From contig CAVYAN010000008.1 in NCBI GenBank assembly GCA_963766075.1, positions 33,953 to 97,952 on the forward strand: a stretch of DNA of 64,000 bases, read 5' to 3'. Below, one piece after another: positions 40,210 to 51,941 of this stretch. How positions within the stretch are numbered: position 1 is the first letter of the stretch; every line of letters begins with the position of its first letter. The notes beneath the pieces were generated by a model, which saw nothing but the letters and a program-made list of their open reading frames with translations, searched no databases and was not told the DNA's origin. Made by a program: the position numbers and the translations under genes. The DNA is from an uncultured cyanobacterium (GTDB lineage: Bacteria; Cyanobacteriota; Cyanobacteriia; Leptolyngbyales; Leptolyngbyaceae).

Positions 40210-42711
40210 ATGCTGAACACTGTACTGGATCAAAATCGCGCTGGCGTGGCTCGGGAAACAGCACTGGTTTTAGCCTTTAGCGCCGTTGACTTGGGGGATA
40301 TTGCACTGGTTGGAGGTAAAAATGCCTCCCTGGGTGAAATGATTCAACAACTGGTGCCCCAAGGTGTGAATGTGCCCACGGGCTTTGCCACCACCGCCTT
40401 TGCCTATCGCCAGTTTATTCAGGCGGCAAATTTAGAACCCCAACTGCGTCAAATTTTTGCCCATTTGAATGTGGAGAATCTCCAGGATTTGCATCGCTGT
40501 GGGCAACAGGCGCGATCGCTGATTCTCCGAACGCCATTCTCACCGGAATTGCGGGCGGCGATCGCCGCTGGCTACCAAGCCCTCTGTGATCAGTACGGAG
40601 AGGATACCGATGTGGCCGTCCGTTCCAGTGCCACCGCCGAAGATTTACCCGAAGCCAGTTTTGCCGGACAGCAAGAAACCTACCTCAACGTCCACAACTT
40701 AGCGGGCGTGCTCGAAGCCTGCCACAAATGCTTTGCGTCTCTGTTCACTGATCGCGCTATTGCCTATCGCCATGCCCACGGCTTTGACCATTTTGAGGTT
40801 GCCCTGTCTGTGGGCGTGCAAAAAATGGTGCGGTCTGACCTGGCCAGTTCCGGTGTGTTGTTTTCCATCGACACTGAAACCGGCTTTAAGGACGCCGTCC
40901 TGATCACCGCTGCCTATGGTCTGGGTGAAACCATTGTCCAAGGCTCCGTGAATCCTGACGAATATTTGGTCTTTAAGCCCACTCTGAAAACGGGATTTCG
41001 CCCGATTTTGGATAAGCGACTGGGCAGTAAAGAAATCAAATTAATTTATGATCCAGGAGGATCAAAACTAACCAAAAATATTTCTGTCAGCACCAGCGAT
41101 CGCCAACGCTTTAGCCTGGGCGACGATGAAGTGCTCCAGCTCGCCAACTGGGCCTGCATCATTGAAGACCACTACACCCAGGAGCGCGGCACCTACACCC
41201 CAATGGACATTGAGTGGGCCAAGGATGGCATCACCGGCAAACTATTTATCGTCCAAGCCCGTCCGGAGACGGTGCAATCCCAAAAACAGCCAAATATTCT
41301 GCGCACCTACCGCCTACTGCCCTCTCCCTTTGGCCTGCATCCTGCGCCACTGCTCTCCGGACGCGCGATCGGCGAACGGATTGGCCAAGGCCGGGTACGG
41401 GTGATTTACGACGTGCATCAGATTGACCAATTTCAACCGGGCGAAGTCCTTGTCACTAATCGCACCGAGCCGGATTGGGAGCCGATTATGAAGCAGGCCA
41501 GTGCCATCGTCACCAGTCAGGGCGGGCGCACCTGTCATGCCGCAATTATTGCCCGAGAACTGGGAATTCCGGCGATCGTTGGCTGTAGCCATGCCACCAC
41601 CACGCTCAAAACGGGACAAATGATCACCGTTTCCTGTGTGGAGGGCAGCGAAGGGCATATTTACAATGGCTTGCTGCCCTTTGAGGAAAAAGCCCTGACG
41701 CTGGATCAAGTGCCCCAGACCTGCACCCAGATGATGATGCATGTCGCCAATCCCCAGGCGGCTTTCCGTCTGGCCAGTCTCCCTAATGATGGCGTTGGTC
41801 TAGCCCGCCTAGAGTTTATCATCGCCAATCAAATTCAAATCCATCCTCTGGCCCTGATTAACTTTGGCGAACTGGACGATCACCTCGCCCAAAATAAAAT
41901 CGCTGACCTGACGGCACAGTACGACGATAAATCGCAATTCTTTATTGACCAGTTAGCCTATGGGATTGGCACGATCGCCGCTGCCTTTTACCCCAAACCC
42001 GTGATTGTCCGCTTCTCCGACTTCAAAAGCAACGAGTACGCCCATCTTTTGGGAGGACGGCAATTTGAACCCCGCGAAGAAAACCCCATGCTGGGGTGGC
42101 GAGGGGCCGTCCGCTACTATGACGATCACTACCGCGAGGGGTTTGCCCTAGAATGTCAGGCCATGGGGCGAGTCAGGGATGCGATGGGCCTCACTAACGT
42201 GATTCCCATGATTCCTTTTTGTCGGACTCCTGCAGAAGGCCAGCGCGTTCTGGATGAAATGGCAAAGCATGGGCTAGTTCGTGGTGAGCATGGATTGCAG
42301 GTGTATCTCATGATCGAGACGCCTAGCAATGTTTTGCAAATAGATGAATTGAGTCAACTCTTTGACGGATTCTCCATTGGCTCCAATGATTTAACCCAGC
42401 TCACCCTCGGCATCGATCGCGATTCTGCCTTGGTTGCCCCCCTGTTTGACGAGCGTAATCCTGCGGTTAAAGCCCTGATTCAACAAGCGATCGCCACGGC
42501 AAAACGCCACGGACGCAAAATTGGTCTGTGTGGCCAAGCGCCCAGTGACTATCCGGAATTTGCCCAGTTCTTGGTGGCCGCAGGCATCGATTCCATCAGC
42601 CTTACTCCCGATTCGCTATTAAAAACGTTAGTCGGGATCGCTGAGATCGAAAAGACGCTGGACCCTCATCCCACGGCCCCAGCCTTTCAACCCCTATCCC
42701 ATGACGCATAA
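40210..42711 (+). CDS. ppsA: Phosphoenolpyruvate synthase
   Basis: VGGKNASLGEM, VRSSATAEDLP, GGRTCHAAIIARELG, SIGSNDLTQ. Confidence 0.96.
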   Translation: MLNTVLDQNRAGVARETALVLAFSAVDLGDIALVGGKNASLGEMIQQLVPQGVNVPTGFATTAFAYRQFIQAANLEPQLRQIFAHLNVENLQDLHRCGQQARSLILRTPFSPELRAAIAAGYQALCDQYGEDTDVAVRSSATAEDLPEASFAGQQETYLNVHNLAGVLEACHKCFASLFTDRAIAYRHAHGFDHFEVALSVGVQKMVRSDLASSGVLFSIDTETGFKDAVLITAAYGLGETIVQGSVNPDEYLVFKPTLKTGFRPILDKRLGSKEIKLIYDPGGSKLTKNISVSTSDRQRFSLGDDEVLQLANWACIIEDHYTQERGTYTPMDIEWAKDGITGKLFIVQARPETVQSQKQPNILRTYRLLPSPFGLHPAPLLSGRAIGERIGQGRVRVIYDVHQIDQFQPGEVLVTNRTEPDWEPIMKQASAIVTSQGGRTCHAAIIARELGIPAIVGCSHATTTLKTGQMITVSCVEGSEGHIYNGLLPFEEKALTLDQVPQTCTQMMMHVANPQAAFRLASLPNDGVGLARLEFIIANQIQIHPLALINFGELDDHLAQNKIADLTAQYDDKSQFFIDQLAYGIGTIAAAFYPKPVIVRFSDFKSNEYAHLLGGRQFEPREENPMLGWRGAVRYYDDHYREGFALECQAMGRVRDAMGLTNVIPMIPFCRTPAEGQRVLDEMAKHGLVRGEHGLQVYLMIETPSNVLQIDELSQLFDGFSIGSNDLTQLTLGIDRDSALVAPLFDERNPAVKALIQQAIATAKRHGRKIGLCGQAPSDYPEFAQFLVAAGIDSISLTPDSLLKTLVGIAEIEKTLDPHPTAPAFQPLSHDA

Positions 42712-42730
42712 CTTAACTTTGGAGGTCACG

Positions 42731-43261
42731 ATGTTTCAAAAAATCTTAGTTGCGCTGGATTGTTCGGATATGGGCAGACCGGTCTTTGACACGGCCCTCG
42801 CCCTGGCAAAGTCAACCCAGGCCAGTTTGCTCTTAGTGCATGTGCTGTCTCCCCTGGATGCTGGATATCCGAGCGCGCTCTATCCCGAGGCCGGAGCGGT
42901 TTATCCGACGCTGTATGAGGAAGCCATTAAACGCCGGATGCAGGACTGGGAAGGCTTTAAACAGCAGAGTTTGGACTATTTGCGATCGTGCGTCAACGAA
43001 GCCCTGGCAGAAAATGTAGCCGCAGACCACCAACAGGTCATGGGTGATCCGGGGCGACAAGTCTGTGACCTTGGGCGAACGTGGGGTGCGGACTTGATTA
43101 TTGTGGGACGACGTGGGCACTTGGGCCTGGGCGAATTTCTCCTGGGCAGCGTCAGCAACTATGTGATGCACCATTCTCCCTGTTCGGCGCTGACGGTACA
43201 AGGCGAAACCATGGTGGATGCGAACCTGAAGCCTCGCCAGGGTCAGATGGCTCTTCAATAG
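42731..43261 (+). CDS. Universal stress protein
   Basis: FQKILVALD, GRRGH.GL.EFLLGSVSNYVMHH; RBS GGAGG. Confidence 0.92.
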   Translation: MFQKILVALDCSDMGRPVFDTALALAKSTQASLLLVHVLSPLDAGYPSALYPEAGAVYPTLYEEAIKRRMQDWEGFKQQSLDYLRSCVNEALAENVAADHQQVMGDPGRQVCDLGRTWGADLIIVGRRGHLGLGEFLLGSVSNYVMHHSPCSALTVQGETMVDANLKPRQGQMALQ

Positions 43262-43407
43262 CTCCTTCGTTCAGTTCCTGCGTTCTAGGAGACTTTAGGC
43301 GATTGCCAAGAATAAGATTACCGGCTAGGTTGGATCAGAATATCCCATTTGGATAAGTCAGGATGTCGTTTGAGCCTGTGTTCAATCTCCTCCAACTCCC
43401 GTTTAGA

Positions 43408-43770
43408 GCTACCGTGTATAGACATCTTGGCCATGAATCAGCCCCTAGCCTTGAAGAGATCCCCTCAAACTTCTGTAATCCTTTGAAGAGTGTCCTGATT
43501 CCTGGAGGTCGTTGGCTTTGGAGTCCAGACCATCCGCCTAAACGGGCAATCAGCCAGGATGCCCAAGCTAAGGTGTAGGGAGGATAAGGGATTTTTTGCT
43601 TCTGGGTCCGTCCTTCCAGTGTCGGAGCCAGATCGCTTAAACACTGCTGTTGACGTTGGGAAAAAACAACACTGGCCGCTTGGTGAGGGTCATCACGACC
43701 TTCTTGTAATTGGAGGACTTGAACCACAGCGGCGAGAGCCAGGACACATAACCGTTGAATCCCTCGCCGG
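43408..43770 (-). mobile_element. IS4-family (Tn5-like) transposase C-terminal remnant
   Basis: LAWASWLIARLGGWSG..RPPG.RTL.KGL; end motif TGTCTATACACGGTAG. Confidence 0.75.
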
Positions 43771-44298
43771 TCGGCCCTTTCACTCCTGCGGTGACATCCG
43801 CAATATCTTTGCCGACAGGTAAGGTCACAAGCTGGGATTTGAAGGTATGCTGCTGCTTTTTGCCGGAAAAATAGGAACGCTGTTCCTGGTTATCTTCAGG
43901 TCGCTCCCTGGCTTGCTCCAGGCTGTCTACAATCAACTGAAATTGGCTCAGCCACTCCTGCACCATCGCATAGTCACTATCCTCCGATGCCACCGCCTCT
44001 AACAAACTCGCGGGCAGGAGCACCCGCAGGATGCTCAGCCAATAGTGAACGGTATCATTAGCTTCAGTTTTTGACACACCAAATTGGAGTCCTAAGATTT
44101 CAAAGGTGGGATAGTGCCTCAAGTAGAGCAAGCATAGACACACCTCCTCGGCTACCGACAGGATTGTCTTGCGCCCTCCTCCTTTGGCATTGACCCGAAT
44201 TTTCTGGGCTTCCCTCTCCCCTTGCCGTTGAGCATGGGCTAATTCTGCCTGTTCCAACAGTTGCAGAAACTGTGGGTAGTCAATTCCCAAGACTCGCA
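43771..44298 (-). mobile_element. IS5-like (HTH_Tnp_4/DDE_Tnp_4) transposase fragment
   Basis: GGGRK..LS..EEVCLCLLYLRH.PTF..LG..FGVS; VDSLEQ..ERP; YFSGKK. Confidence 0.8.
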
Positions 44299-45517
44299 GG
44301 GAGCATCTCACCTTTGCGATGAGTAGAAATACTTGTGATTATATTGTCCTGGAAAGCTGAAAATGCGTTGAAAATTGACCATTTAGGTAGGCACACCGAT
44401 GTTTTACGACTTGATCGACATTCTTCGCCTCCCATTGTGCTCCTGAAATTTTCACCCGGCGACTAATTTGTTTAATTCCAGATTCCACGCCACCCGAGCC
44501 AATGGTGAATCCTTCTGACTGTAAATAGTCATAATTCGGAATCCGATGCCGATGCTTGGTCAGATAGGTGATGAAATTGGGCACGGTATCAAGAGTGCAA
44601 TCGGAGAACAGCGCCATCGCCGCCTCGACTTTGCCAGTCCATAACAAGGCTTCCACCTGATTTAAGCGATTGTTCGAGCCACCCACTTTGTGCAAATTCT
44701 CGACCAAATGGTACCAATCCAGAATTTCACGCCGCTGTTCTGGAACCGCCACCGCACGAAATACATTCCAAATCCCATCATGCCCATCGCCTAAACAGGA
44801 AACCGTGGTGGCTAAGGGTTGGCTATTGACCCAATCAATCAACGCCTCATTTTTTTGGAAATATCCCCCAATCCCTTGACCTTCTAAAACCACGGCTTTG
44901 TAATCTTTGTAAATAGACACTTCACCCTTGGGGGTGCGGATTCTAGCTTTTCCGCCATCTAAACTCATTGATTCAATAGTGGTTTCAGAAATGATTCCCT
45001 TAAATTCCTGACGATGCACTAATCTATGATGAGTACTATGAGAAATATCTATTCCCATTAGAATTGCTAAATCTTCTTGTGAACGTGCATAAGAGCTATT
45101 TGCACTCACGAGTAGACAGCAGTTTTCTAAGTGCTCACTGATTTGAGTATAGGGTTTTACATTGAGGTGTTGGGCTTGACGTTCCGTGATTTCAAGATTC
45201 CCGATTGTTGTTTTGATGTTTCGCTTTCTTCCCGTTTCGATTTCGGTGGCATTTTTGACAAAAAAACACCGATAGGAGGGCTGACATGCTGCAGGATTTG
45301 CTGACGAACGGTAGTTTCAATATCCCCCAAGGTCTGAATCACTTTCGGATCCGTATCAGAATAGAGAATTTGGGCAATTTGGTTGGCATGGTATTCTATT
45401 TTTTGTAATTCTTCAGGCGTCATGGCGGCAAAGCCTCAAATCAGTGACTCAATTTTGTCGTATTTCGATGAAATTATCACTAAGCATTTATGCTCATTGC
45501 AAAGGTGAGATGCTCCC
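44299..45517 (-). mobile_element. ISKra4-family IS copy 3 (1219 bp)
   Basis: Near-identical to copies 1 and 2. Confidence 0.95.
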
Positions 45518-45577
45518 GACTCAGTGTCTCAGTGCAGCATGACCCGGTATGGGGTTTGGTAAAATTTGAGCGTAAAG

Positions 45578-46714
45578 TCATATTTTCTCCTCGAATCTGG
45601 GCACTGAACCTCCTAATAAAATTTTAGATATGGTGCGATGTCGGGCAATCCAAGCTGTGGCGAAGCCGCTCACCGTAAAAATTAGAGTAGCCACACTGAG
45701 AAGACTTAATGGGGAAAGTTCCGTCACTAAATTGATTATCTGAAACTTTGTCAGCATTGGACTTAAGCCTGCGGTGAGAATGCCGTGAATCAAATAGATG
45801 CCAAAGCTGAGTTGACTGATATAGGCAATTCCCACAATTTTCCGATCAACTGTCCCCGAAATTAAAATGGCTAAAAATAGGGCCAGAATGGGAATCGAAA
45901 ATTGGAGAAAATTCATCTGAAAAAATATGATTAAACTCATGATTATTAATAATAAAAAAATAGTGCCGATAGTGAATTGCGTATGAATGCATCGGGTGAG
46001 TAGTTTCTGAAAACTTGAGTTGAGGAAAATCACGCTCACGAAACTATAGGGCAAGCAGTAAAGCACCCAGGAAAATACAATAACGATACTTTCGGCTAGC
46101 CATTGGGGATGGATGGACTGGAGTAAGGCGTGGAGCAGCCCTGGCCATAGGGATCCTTCTAATTGAGCTAAAACTTGATGGGCATTTTGGGGGATTCCTG
46201 ATAGTTGTAAGGGAAACCCCAGATAAAGGCTGCTACCCAAGCCAATCATTGGAATGATCAGATGCTGCTGCTGTGTAATATATCGAGTGATGCAAACGGA
46301 GGTGATAATGCCCGTAAAAAGTAAGGGAAGAAAATACAGTTGTACACCGGCGCTGCCAAACAGAAGTGAAGTGGGATGGGTCAATAGTTTGTCAAAGGAG
46401 ATATTTTTTAAAATGATTTGCTTAATCAGTCTAAATGCTAGATAAATGAGGCTCCAAGCGTAGAATGGAATTAGAATCCGCTGATGGCGTTTGAACAGAT
46501 AGGTCCGCCAATCGGTGTGGCTGAGGCTGGATGTACTAAAGTAAAGTGCCACCATTAAGAACGTAGGTACAGAAAATATTAAAAAGTATTCTGCAATGCG
46601 TTCTGCCCCGGCTCCTTTGGGCACATCCCCGAGTCCATGAATGACGACCACGCCATAGGCGGCCACAACTTTTAGAATATCAAAACCTATGAGTCTGGCT
46701 TTTTGTACAGTCAT
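45578..46714 (-). CDS. Acyltransferase-3 family membrane protein (polysaccharide O-acyltransferase)
   Basis: GFDILKVVAAYGVVVIH, RILIPF, SFGIYLIH. Confidence 0.88.
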   Translation of the reverse strand: MTVQKARLIGFDILKVVAAYGVVVIHGLGDVPKGAGAERIAEYFLIFSVPTFLMVALYFSTSSLSHTDWRTYLFKRHQRILIPFYAWSLIYLAFRLIKQIILKNISFDKLLTHPTSLLFGSAGVQLYFLPLLFTGIITSVCITRYITQQQHLIIPMIGLGSSLYLGFPLQLSGIPQNAHQVLAQLEGSLWPGLLHALLQSIHPQWLAESIVIVFSWVLYCLPYSFVSVIFLNSSFQKLLTRCIHTQFTIGTIFLLLIIMSLIIFFQMNFLQFSIPILALFLAILISGTVDRKIVGIAYISQLSFGIYLIHGILTAGLSPMLTKFQIINLVTELSPLSLLSVATLIFTVSGFATAWIARHRTISKILLGGSVPRFEEKI

Positions 46715-46786
46715 CGCGATTGCCTCGGCTCCCTCTTACTAAATCACAAACTAAATCACAAAGATGATGAGAATGGCGTGCTGAAC

Positions 46787-48331
46787 TTAGTGTGAAAATG
46801 CCCTCAGTCTAATCTGGGCCATCATGCCAGATAAGCGTTGTCCCCAAACCAGCCGTTCCTGAGGATTCAGGACAAGATGCCAAACCAGAACCAAATAGAG
46901 TAAGGCGACGCAGCCCATTTCACCCGCCAACCCTAGCCAACCGTACGGGGTGTGAGAGGCGGCAACGCCAATCACTACAACGGCGTAGGGAATGCCAACT
47001 TTTAAGGGTTGGGCGATCGCCCAGAATAATTGTCTGGGTGAGGTGCCAAACACGCTGTGCAATAGTCGGGGCAATAACCAGGCATACAACGCGATCGCAC
47101 TGATAAAGGTGCCCAGTAAAGGGCCGATCATACCCAATTGGTGCGTTGCCACCAAACTGATGCCGCCATTGACTAGGGTGCCAAAGATGGAGAGCCGCAC
47201 TAGCTTAGGAAATGTTCCAGTGCCCATGAAACAAGATTCCCACAAAAATAGCACCCCTCTCAGGAGGCCATTTGCCGCTGCTAGCAGATTTACGGCCCAG
47301 CCGCCAAACCGATCCGCCCCCATCCACAGTGTCACAAAGTGGGCGTTGTAAGCAGTGATGGGAATCATTACGGTTAAACCCACAATCACGACAATTTTGG
47401 TTAAATCCACCAGCCGGGTATTAAATTCATCCCGTGCCCCTTGGGTGTGTAGGTCCGCCAGCGCGGCCCACGTCGAACCCCCGACCGCTTGGATTTGCAT
47501 TTGCGCGAGGGAGGCTAACCGCTGAGTAATCAGAAAAGGGACAACGGCGGCTGGTCCTAGGTAAAAGGACACAATCACATTGTCAGTCAGCAATCCGACG
47601 CGACCCGCCAAGTGCAGCACTAAATTGGGTACATTGAGGGACCATAATCGTTGATTGACTTGTTGAGAGATCGCTTTGGGGGGATGAATAATGGCTTCTA
47701 CAACATCGGGATAGCGACGCAGCCCATCCCAACTGAGGGTAATATTGACGAATGCATTCCCGATTAACGCGGCCAAAAATTGCCCAGGAATGCCCCATCC
47801 CAACCAGGAAAACAATAGCAGCAAACCTGTGATCAGTAACCCTTGGGTAATCAGCAGAAAGCTTTTGAAGTACGTGCGTTGGCTGGCATCTGCCAAGAGA
47901 TGAAAAGGATTCAGGGGAATTAATAGCATATTCAGTAGCCCAATCCAGTAGCCCATCTGAAGTTCTCGAACCAAGCTGTGCTGGATGGGAACAAGGTGCG
48001 GGATGAGACAGCCTAATCCCACACCTGCGAGGAGCATAAGACACAGCACTCGGAGATACGCCCGGACCCCACACCCCAGCGTGATGCGAACTTGGTCGCG
48101 ATCGCCCTGGCTAATCACATTGGCCAGCATGGCATTGAGTGCGCCTCCTAAACCCATCTCAAACAGAAGAATGTAACCTGTGACATCGGTGGCGGCCCGA
48201 AAAGCTCCGTAGCGTTCGTCCCCCAACCAATGCAGTAGCAGGGGCGTGCTGAAAATACCGGTGGTTACGGTGGTCACTTGCAGCAGTAGTAGAGAGGCAA
48301 AACTGGCAATGGAACGATTTGTGCGCGTCAT
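46787..48331 (-). CDS. Wzx-like polysaccharide flippase
   Basis: TPLLLHWLGDERYG, EMGLG, multi-TM, EPS cluster context. Confidence 0.82.
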   Translation of the reverse strand: MTRTNRSIASFASLLLLQVTTVTTGIFSTPLLLHWLGDERYGAFRAATDVTGYILLFEMGLGGALNAMLANVISQGDRDQVRITLGCGVRAYLRVLCLMLLAGVGLGCLIPHLVPIQHSLVRELQMGYWIGLLNMLLIPLNPFHLLADASQRTYFKSFLLITQGLLITGLLLLFSWLGWGIPGQFLAALIGNAFVNITLSWDGLRRYPDVVEAIIHPPKAISQQVNQRLWSLNVPNLVLHLAGRVGLLTDNVIVSFYLGPAAVVPFLITQRLASLAQMQIQAVGGSTWAALADLHTQGARDEFNTRLVDLTKIVVIVGLTVMIPITAYNAHFVTLWMGADRFGGWAVNLLAAANGLLRGVLFLWESCFMGTGTFPKLVRLSIFGTLVNGGISLVATHQLGMIGPLLGTFISAIALYAWLLPRLLHSVFGTSPRQLFWAIAQPLKVGIPYAVVVIGVAASHTPYGWLGLAGEMGCVALLYLVLVWHLVLNPQERLVWGQRLSGMMAQIRLRAFSH

Positions 48332-48338
48332 GGTGGGT

Positions 48339-49553
48339 TTAAGCGAGAGGGGCGGCAGCACGCCTGATGGGTGGGCATTGATCTGGCGGGTGACGGGCGA
48401 TCGCCTGGGGTACCTTAGATTCGATGACATCTTGATAGATCGCCATTAACTGGGCGCAATGGTTTTTGGCGTCAAAGTGTTGAGCCGCAATACTGCGCCC
48501 TGCTGCTCCCATTTGCGCTGCCAAAGACCAATCGACGGCCAGTCTTTCGATACTGTGGGATAGCTGCTCCACATCGTTCGGGGTAACGAGCAGTCCATTG
48601 ATTTCATCCTTCACCACCTCTGGCATGCCTCCCACTCGGCTCATAATCAGTGCTCGGGCCTGGGTCATTGCCTCAAAGGCCACTGTGCCGCCGGGTTCAT
48701 GCCATAGGGAGGGAAAGATGAGTGCCCGAGCGGCCTGCAGGAGGGCCTTGGTTTGCTGGGCGCTGAGCCAGCCATGGAAGGTGACGCGATCGCCTAAGTT
48801 GAGTTGCTGAACTAGCGTGCGGAGGTATGTTTCCTGCGGCCCTTCTCCTGCAATGTCCAAATGAATGGGTACAGTTACCCGTTGCAGCGCTCGGAGCAGC
48901 CAATCCAGCCCTTTATTGGGAACCAAACGACCCAAAAATACAAAGCGCGGGGGGTTGGTTTGGGGTGGCGCACTCTGCTCGGAGGATTCCGGGGCAAATA
49001 AATACAGCACCTGGATTAAATCTGCGGCATAGCCCACCGCAATCATCTGATCTTTTAAGAACTGGCTGACCGTAATTGTTGGGATCTGGGACAGAGTTCT
49101 CAGTTCATCCTGCGTGGATTGAAAATTACGCAACAGATTCAGCGGACGAATGCTGCCGCAGTGGTCAATCAGATGTCCCCAAAGACATCCCCCTAAACTG
49201 TGGGTGCGATCGCAGGGCTGCTGGCGGCTTTCTAAATATTTACTGCCGCTTGGACAATAGGGTTGATGTCCATGCACAGTCCTGACTACGGCTAGATCTC
49301 TAGGAGGGATGCTTCGAATGCCGCGGTGAAGATGCAAAATATTAACCCCACGCTGCTGCGCCTGTGAAAACAGATCCGCATCGTCTTGAACAAGGATGGG
49401 TGCATCCGGTTGCCGCAGCATTTCCTCAGTGGCAAACTTAGAAAAATAATGCACGCGATGTCCAGCATCCTGTTGCTGTGCCGCAATTCGCCGGATATAA
49501 GTTGCAATCCCCCCAGGGGCCCAAATTGCATCATCAAAATGACCAATGATCAT
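48339..49553 (-). CDS. GT4 glycosyltransferase
   Basis: GRLVPNKG, PSLWHEPGG.VAFEAM. Confidence 0.9.
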   Translation of the reverse strand: MIIGHFDDAIWAPGGIATYIRRIAAQQQDAGHRVHYFSKFATEEMLRQPDAPILVQDDADLFSQAQQRGVNILHLHRGIRSIPPRDLAVVRTVHGHQPYCPSGSKYLESRQQPCDRTHSLGGCLWGHLIDHCGSIRPLNLLRNFQSTQDELRTLSQIPTITVSQFLKDQMIAVGYAADLIQVLYLFAPESSEQSAPPQTNPPRFVFLGRLVPNKGLDWLLRALQRVTVPIHLDIAGEGPQETYLRTLVQQLNLGDRVTFHGWLSAQQTKALLQAARALIFPSLWHEPGGTVAFEAMTQARALIMSRVGGMPEVVKDEINGLLVTPNDVEQLSHSIERLAVDWSLAAQMGAAGRSIAAQHFDAKNHCAQLMAIYQDVIESKVPQAIARHPPDQCPPIRRAAAPLA

Positions 49554-50629
49554 GCTACACCTGCCGCCATGATCGGCATACCTGTTGTCATGGACAAAGA
49601 CGATTGACAGGCGCGCAAACGCTCTAGCAGCGCTTCCCAGTCGCCTGTGGGGACGACATAGCCATTGACTCCATCTTGAACGTATTCCTTCATCCCCGTG
49701 TCGGCAGTAACAATTACGGGGACGCCGCAGGCCAGGGCCTCCATCGGTGCATAGGCAAAGCCATCTTCATAGGATGGATGGACGTAGACGTTGGCGCGCT
49801 GCAGATGGGGTAATGGATCGCCGGGTGCCAGCCGAATGCGTGGATCGCGAGCTTGCCAGGACTCTAAATACTGCCGCATCCATCGGGTTGAGGAGCCGCC
49901 CACAAGGGTCAACTCACAGTTTTGTCCGGTTAACCGGGAAAAGGCTTCCAGCAGTATCGGGACTCCTTTCATCACTGTGACACTGCCGGAATAGACAACC
50001 CGAAAAATGCCATCGTCTCGTCGGGTTACGGGGGGCACAAAACGGCTCGGCACGGTAAAGTTTCGCCGCCGTAATTTATGGGCTGGCACACCCGCTGCCA
50101 AAAATGTTTGCATTGTGTAGTCGGATGCGACATGAATGATGTCAGCCATAGCATAAGCCCGCCGCATATTCCGTTGTTGTGCACAATTGAGCCAGCTCGG
50201 CTCAAATCCAAACTGTTGTTGGGCTTTTTGATGCTGACGCATGACATTATCCGCATGGCTGTTGTCTGCTTGCATGGCTAAGATGCTGTAGCCCAGTTGA
50301 CGTGCGCGTCGAAAGGACTGGAGCGCGTGTCCTGCACAGACTGCTTCAAATTCGTCTGCTGGACCCAATTGAGCGGCGACAGCCCGATCAAATAACTGGT
50401 TAAATACGTAGTGCCGCCAACCGGGACTCCACCGCAGGGGCGTATGGTGGTAAAGCGATTTTTGCAAGGGAATGGTTACTCTCTGTCCAGCCCCATCGCC
50501 TCGTTGCGGTTGGGGGGTGTAATATGCGGTTAAGCGATTAGCAGCGCGGGTTTCTTCAACAACAAAAGAAAAGTGCTGACCCAACCCACCAGAATGATAG
50601 GGAGCAATGCAAGCGACGGTCTTTTTCAT
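49550..50629 (-). CDS. GT4 glycosyltransferase
   Basis: HPSYEDGFAYAPMEALACG. Confidence 0.9.
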   Translation of the reverse strand: MKKTVACIAPYHSGGLGQHFSFVVEETRAANRLTAYYTPQPQRGDGAGQRVTIPLQKSLYHHTPLRWSPGWRHYVFNQLFDRAVAAQLGPADEFEAVCAGHALQSFRRARQLGYSILAMQADNSHADNVMRQHQKAQQQFGFEPSWLNCAQQRNMRRAYAMADIIHVASDYTMQTFLAAGVPAHKLRRRNFTVPSRFVPPVTRRDDGIFRVVYSGSVTVMKGVPILLEAFSRLTGQNCELTLVGGSSTRWMRQYLESWQARDPRIRLAPGDPLPHLQRANVYVHPSYEDGFAYAPMEALACGVPVIVTADTGMKEYVQDGVNGYVVPTGDWEALLERLRACQSSLSMTTGMPIMAAGVA

Positions 50630-50792
50630 GGTGTTTCTGACAATCTAATCGGGATAAATCTGATCGGAATAAATCTGATTGGCTGAGTAGGCAAGAAAAA
50701 TTTAAGGAGATGATGGGCACAAGTTTGACGTGTATTAACACAATTAAGGCTTTGATGATTGATAAAATGAAATATTTTACCAATTCTGAATA

Positions 50793-51941
50793 TTAACTAG
50801 ATGAATCTACTATGTTTATAATTAATTCTGACATGTGCTCCCAAGTGTAAATCCTTAGTTCATTTGATAGTGAGTTCCTGACAATCTCTTTATAAAATTC
50901 AGCATGTTTATTCCAGTGATAGAGTCGATCAATGAGGTGATTGACATCGCTGGCATCCCTTAATAGAAGGTCCTGAAGCGATTCTGGATAGCGTTCTGCG
51001 ACTCCTGCCGTGGCACTCACTAACGCCGGTAAGCCGCAACAGAGGGCTTCATGTACGCCCAATCCGTAGGCTTCATAGCGGGTGGGTGCAACCAAACAAT
51101 CCGCCGCCCGCAACAAATCGGGAACATCCTGCCGAAAGCCGAGAAACTGGATGCGATCGCCTAACCCCGCCTTGTGCGATCGCTGTTGCCACTGAGGCAA
51201 TTCTGCGCCGCGTCCAATCACGATTAAATCGGCCTGCCAATTCACGTCTGCACACAGGTGTTGCCATGCGGCGAATAACGTATCAAATCCTTTACGGCGA
51301 TCGCCCAAAGCACCTAAGAAAATCAGGATTGGGCGATCCAATTTCCAGCCGAGTTGACGGCGGCGGTGTTGGCGTTCGGATTCAGTAACCGGATAAAAAA
51401 TTGTGGGGTCAACGCCATGGTAGACCCGAAAAATTTTTTCAGGGGCGATGCCACAATAATTTACTAAATCTGCCTGGGTGCGACTAGAATTAGCGATCAC
51501 GAGCCGCGCTGCTTGTAAAGCTTGACGTTCAGTCTGGCGAAAGTGGTGATTTGCTAGTGTATGCTTTGCCTGTTGTAGTGGATTTACCCGACTTTCTGGG
51601 CGATAGGCAGCATGGACATAGTGGACCCAGTTAATGTCTCCCCACTGACAGTTGCCACCATTGACTAGCACCCGTCCACCTTGCTGCTGAATTTTCTGAG
51701 CGTGAAATCGTCCGATTCGATCCAGCAAAAAGCCGCTGAGAAAATAGGAGTTAGCGACTTTGGGAACTGAATGCCAGGTGATATTGCCATAGTTGAGCAA
51801 CGTGGGATCAACCCGATGGGCCACGAGATGCACATCCCCGCCTTGGTTGGCTAGATAGGTGGCGAGGGAATAGTTTGCCTGATCCATCCCGCCTGTTTTA
51901 ACAAAATCGCCTGTGACTAAAAGATAGGGTTTCATCGCCAT
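50793..51941 (-). CDS. GT4 glycosyltransferase
   Basis: PTRYEAYGLGVHEALCCG. Confidence 0.9.
   Translation of the reverse strand: MAMKPYLLVTGDFVKTGGMDQANYSLATYLANQGGDVHLVAHRVDPTLLNYGNITWHSVPKVANSYFLSGFLLDRIGRFHAQKIQQQGGRVLVNGGNCQWGDINWVHYVHAAYRPESRVNPLQQAKHTLANHHFRQTERQALQAARLVIANSSRTQADLVNYCGIAPEKIFRVYHGVDPTIFYPVTESERQHRRRQLGWKLDRPILIFLGALGDRRKGFDTLFAAWQHLCADVNWQADLIVIGRGAELPQWQQRSHKAGLGDRIQFLGFRQDVPDLLRAADCLVAPTRYEAYGLGVHEALCCGLPALVSATAGVAERYPESLQDLLLRDASDVNHLIDRLYHWNKHAEFYKEIVRNSLSNELRIYTWEHMSELIINIVDSSS

Noticed and set aside
44291..45525. TSD for ISKra4 copy 3
   Set aside because: Flanks GACTCGCA and GACTCAGT share only 5 bp, and the interrupted IS5-like gene does not resume.
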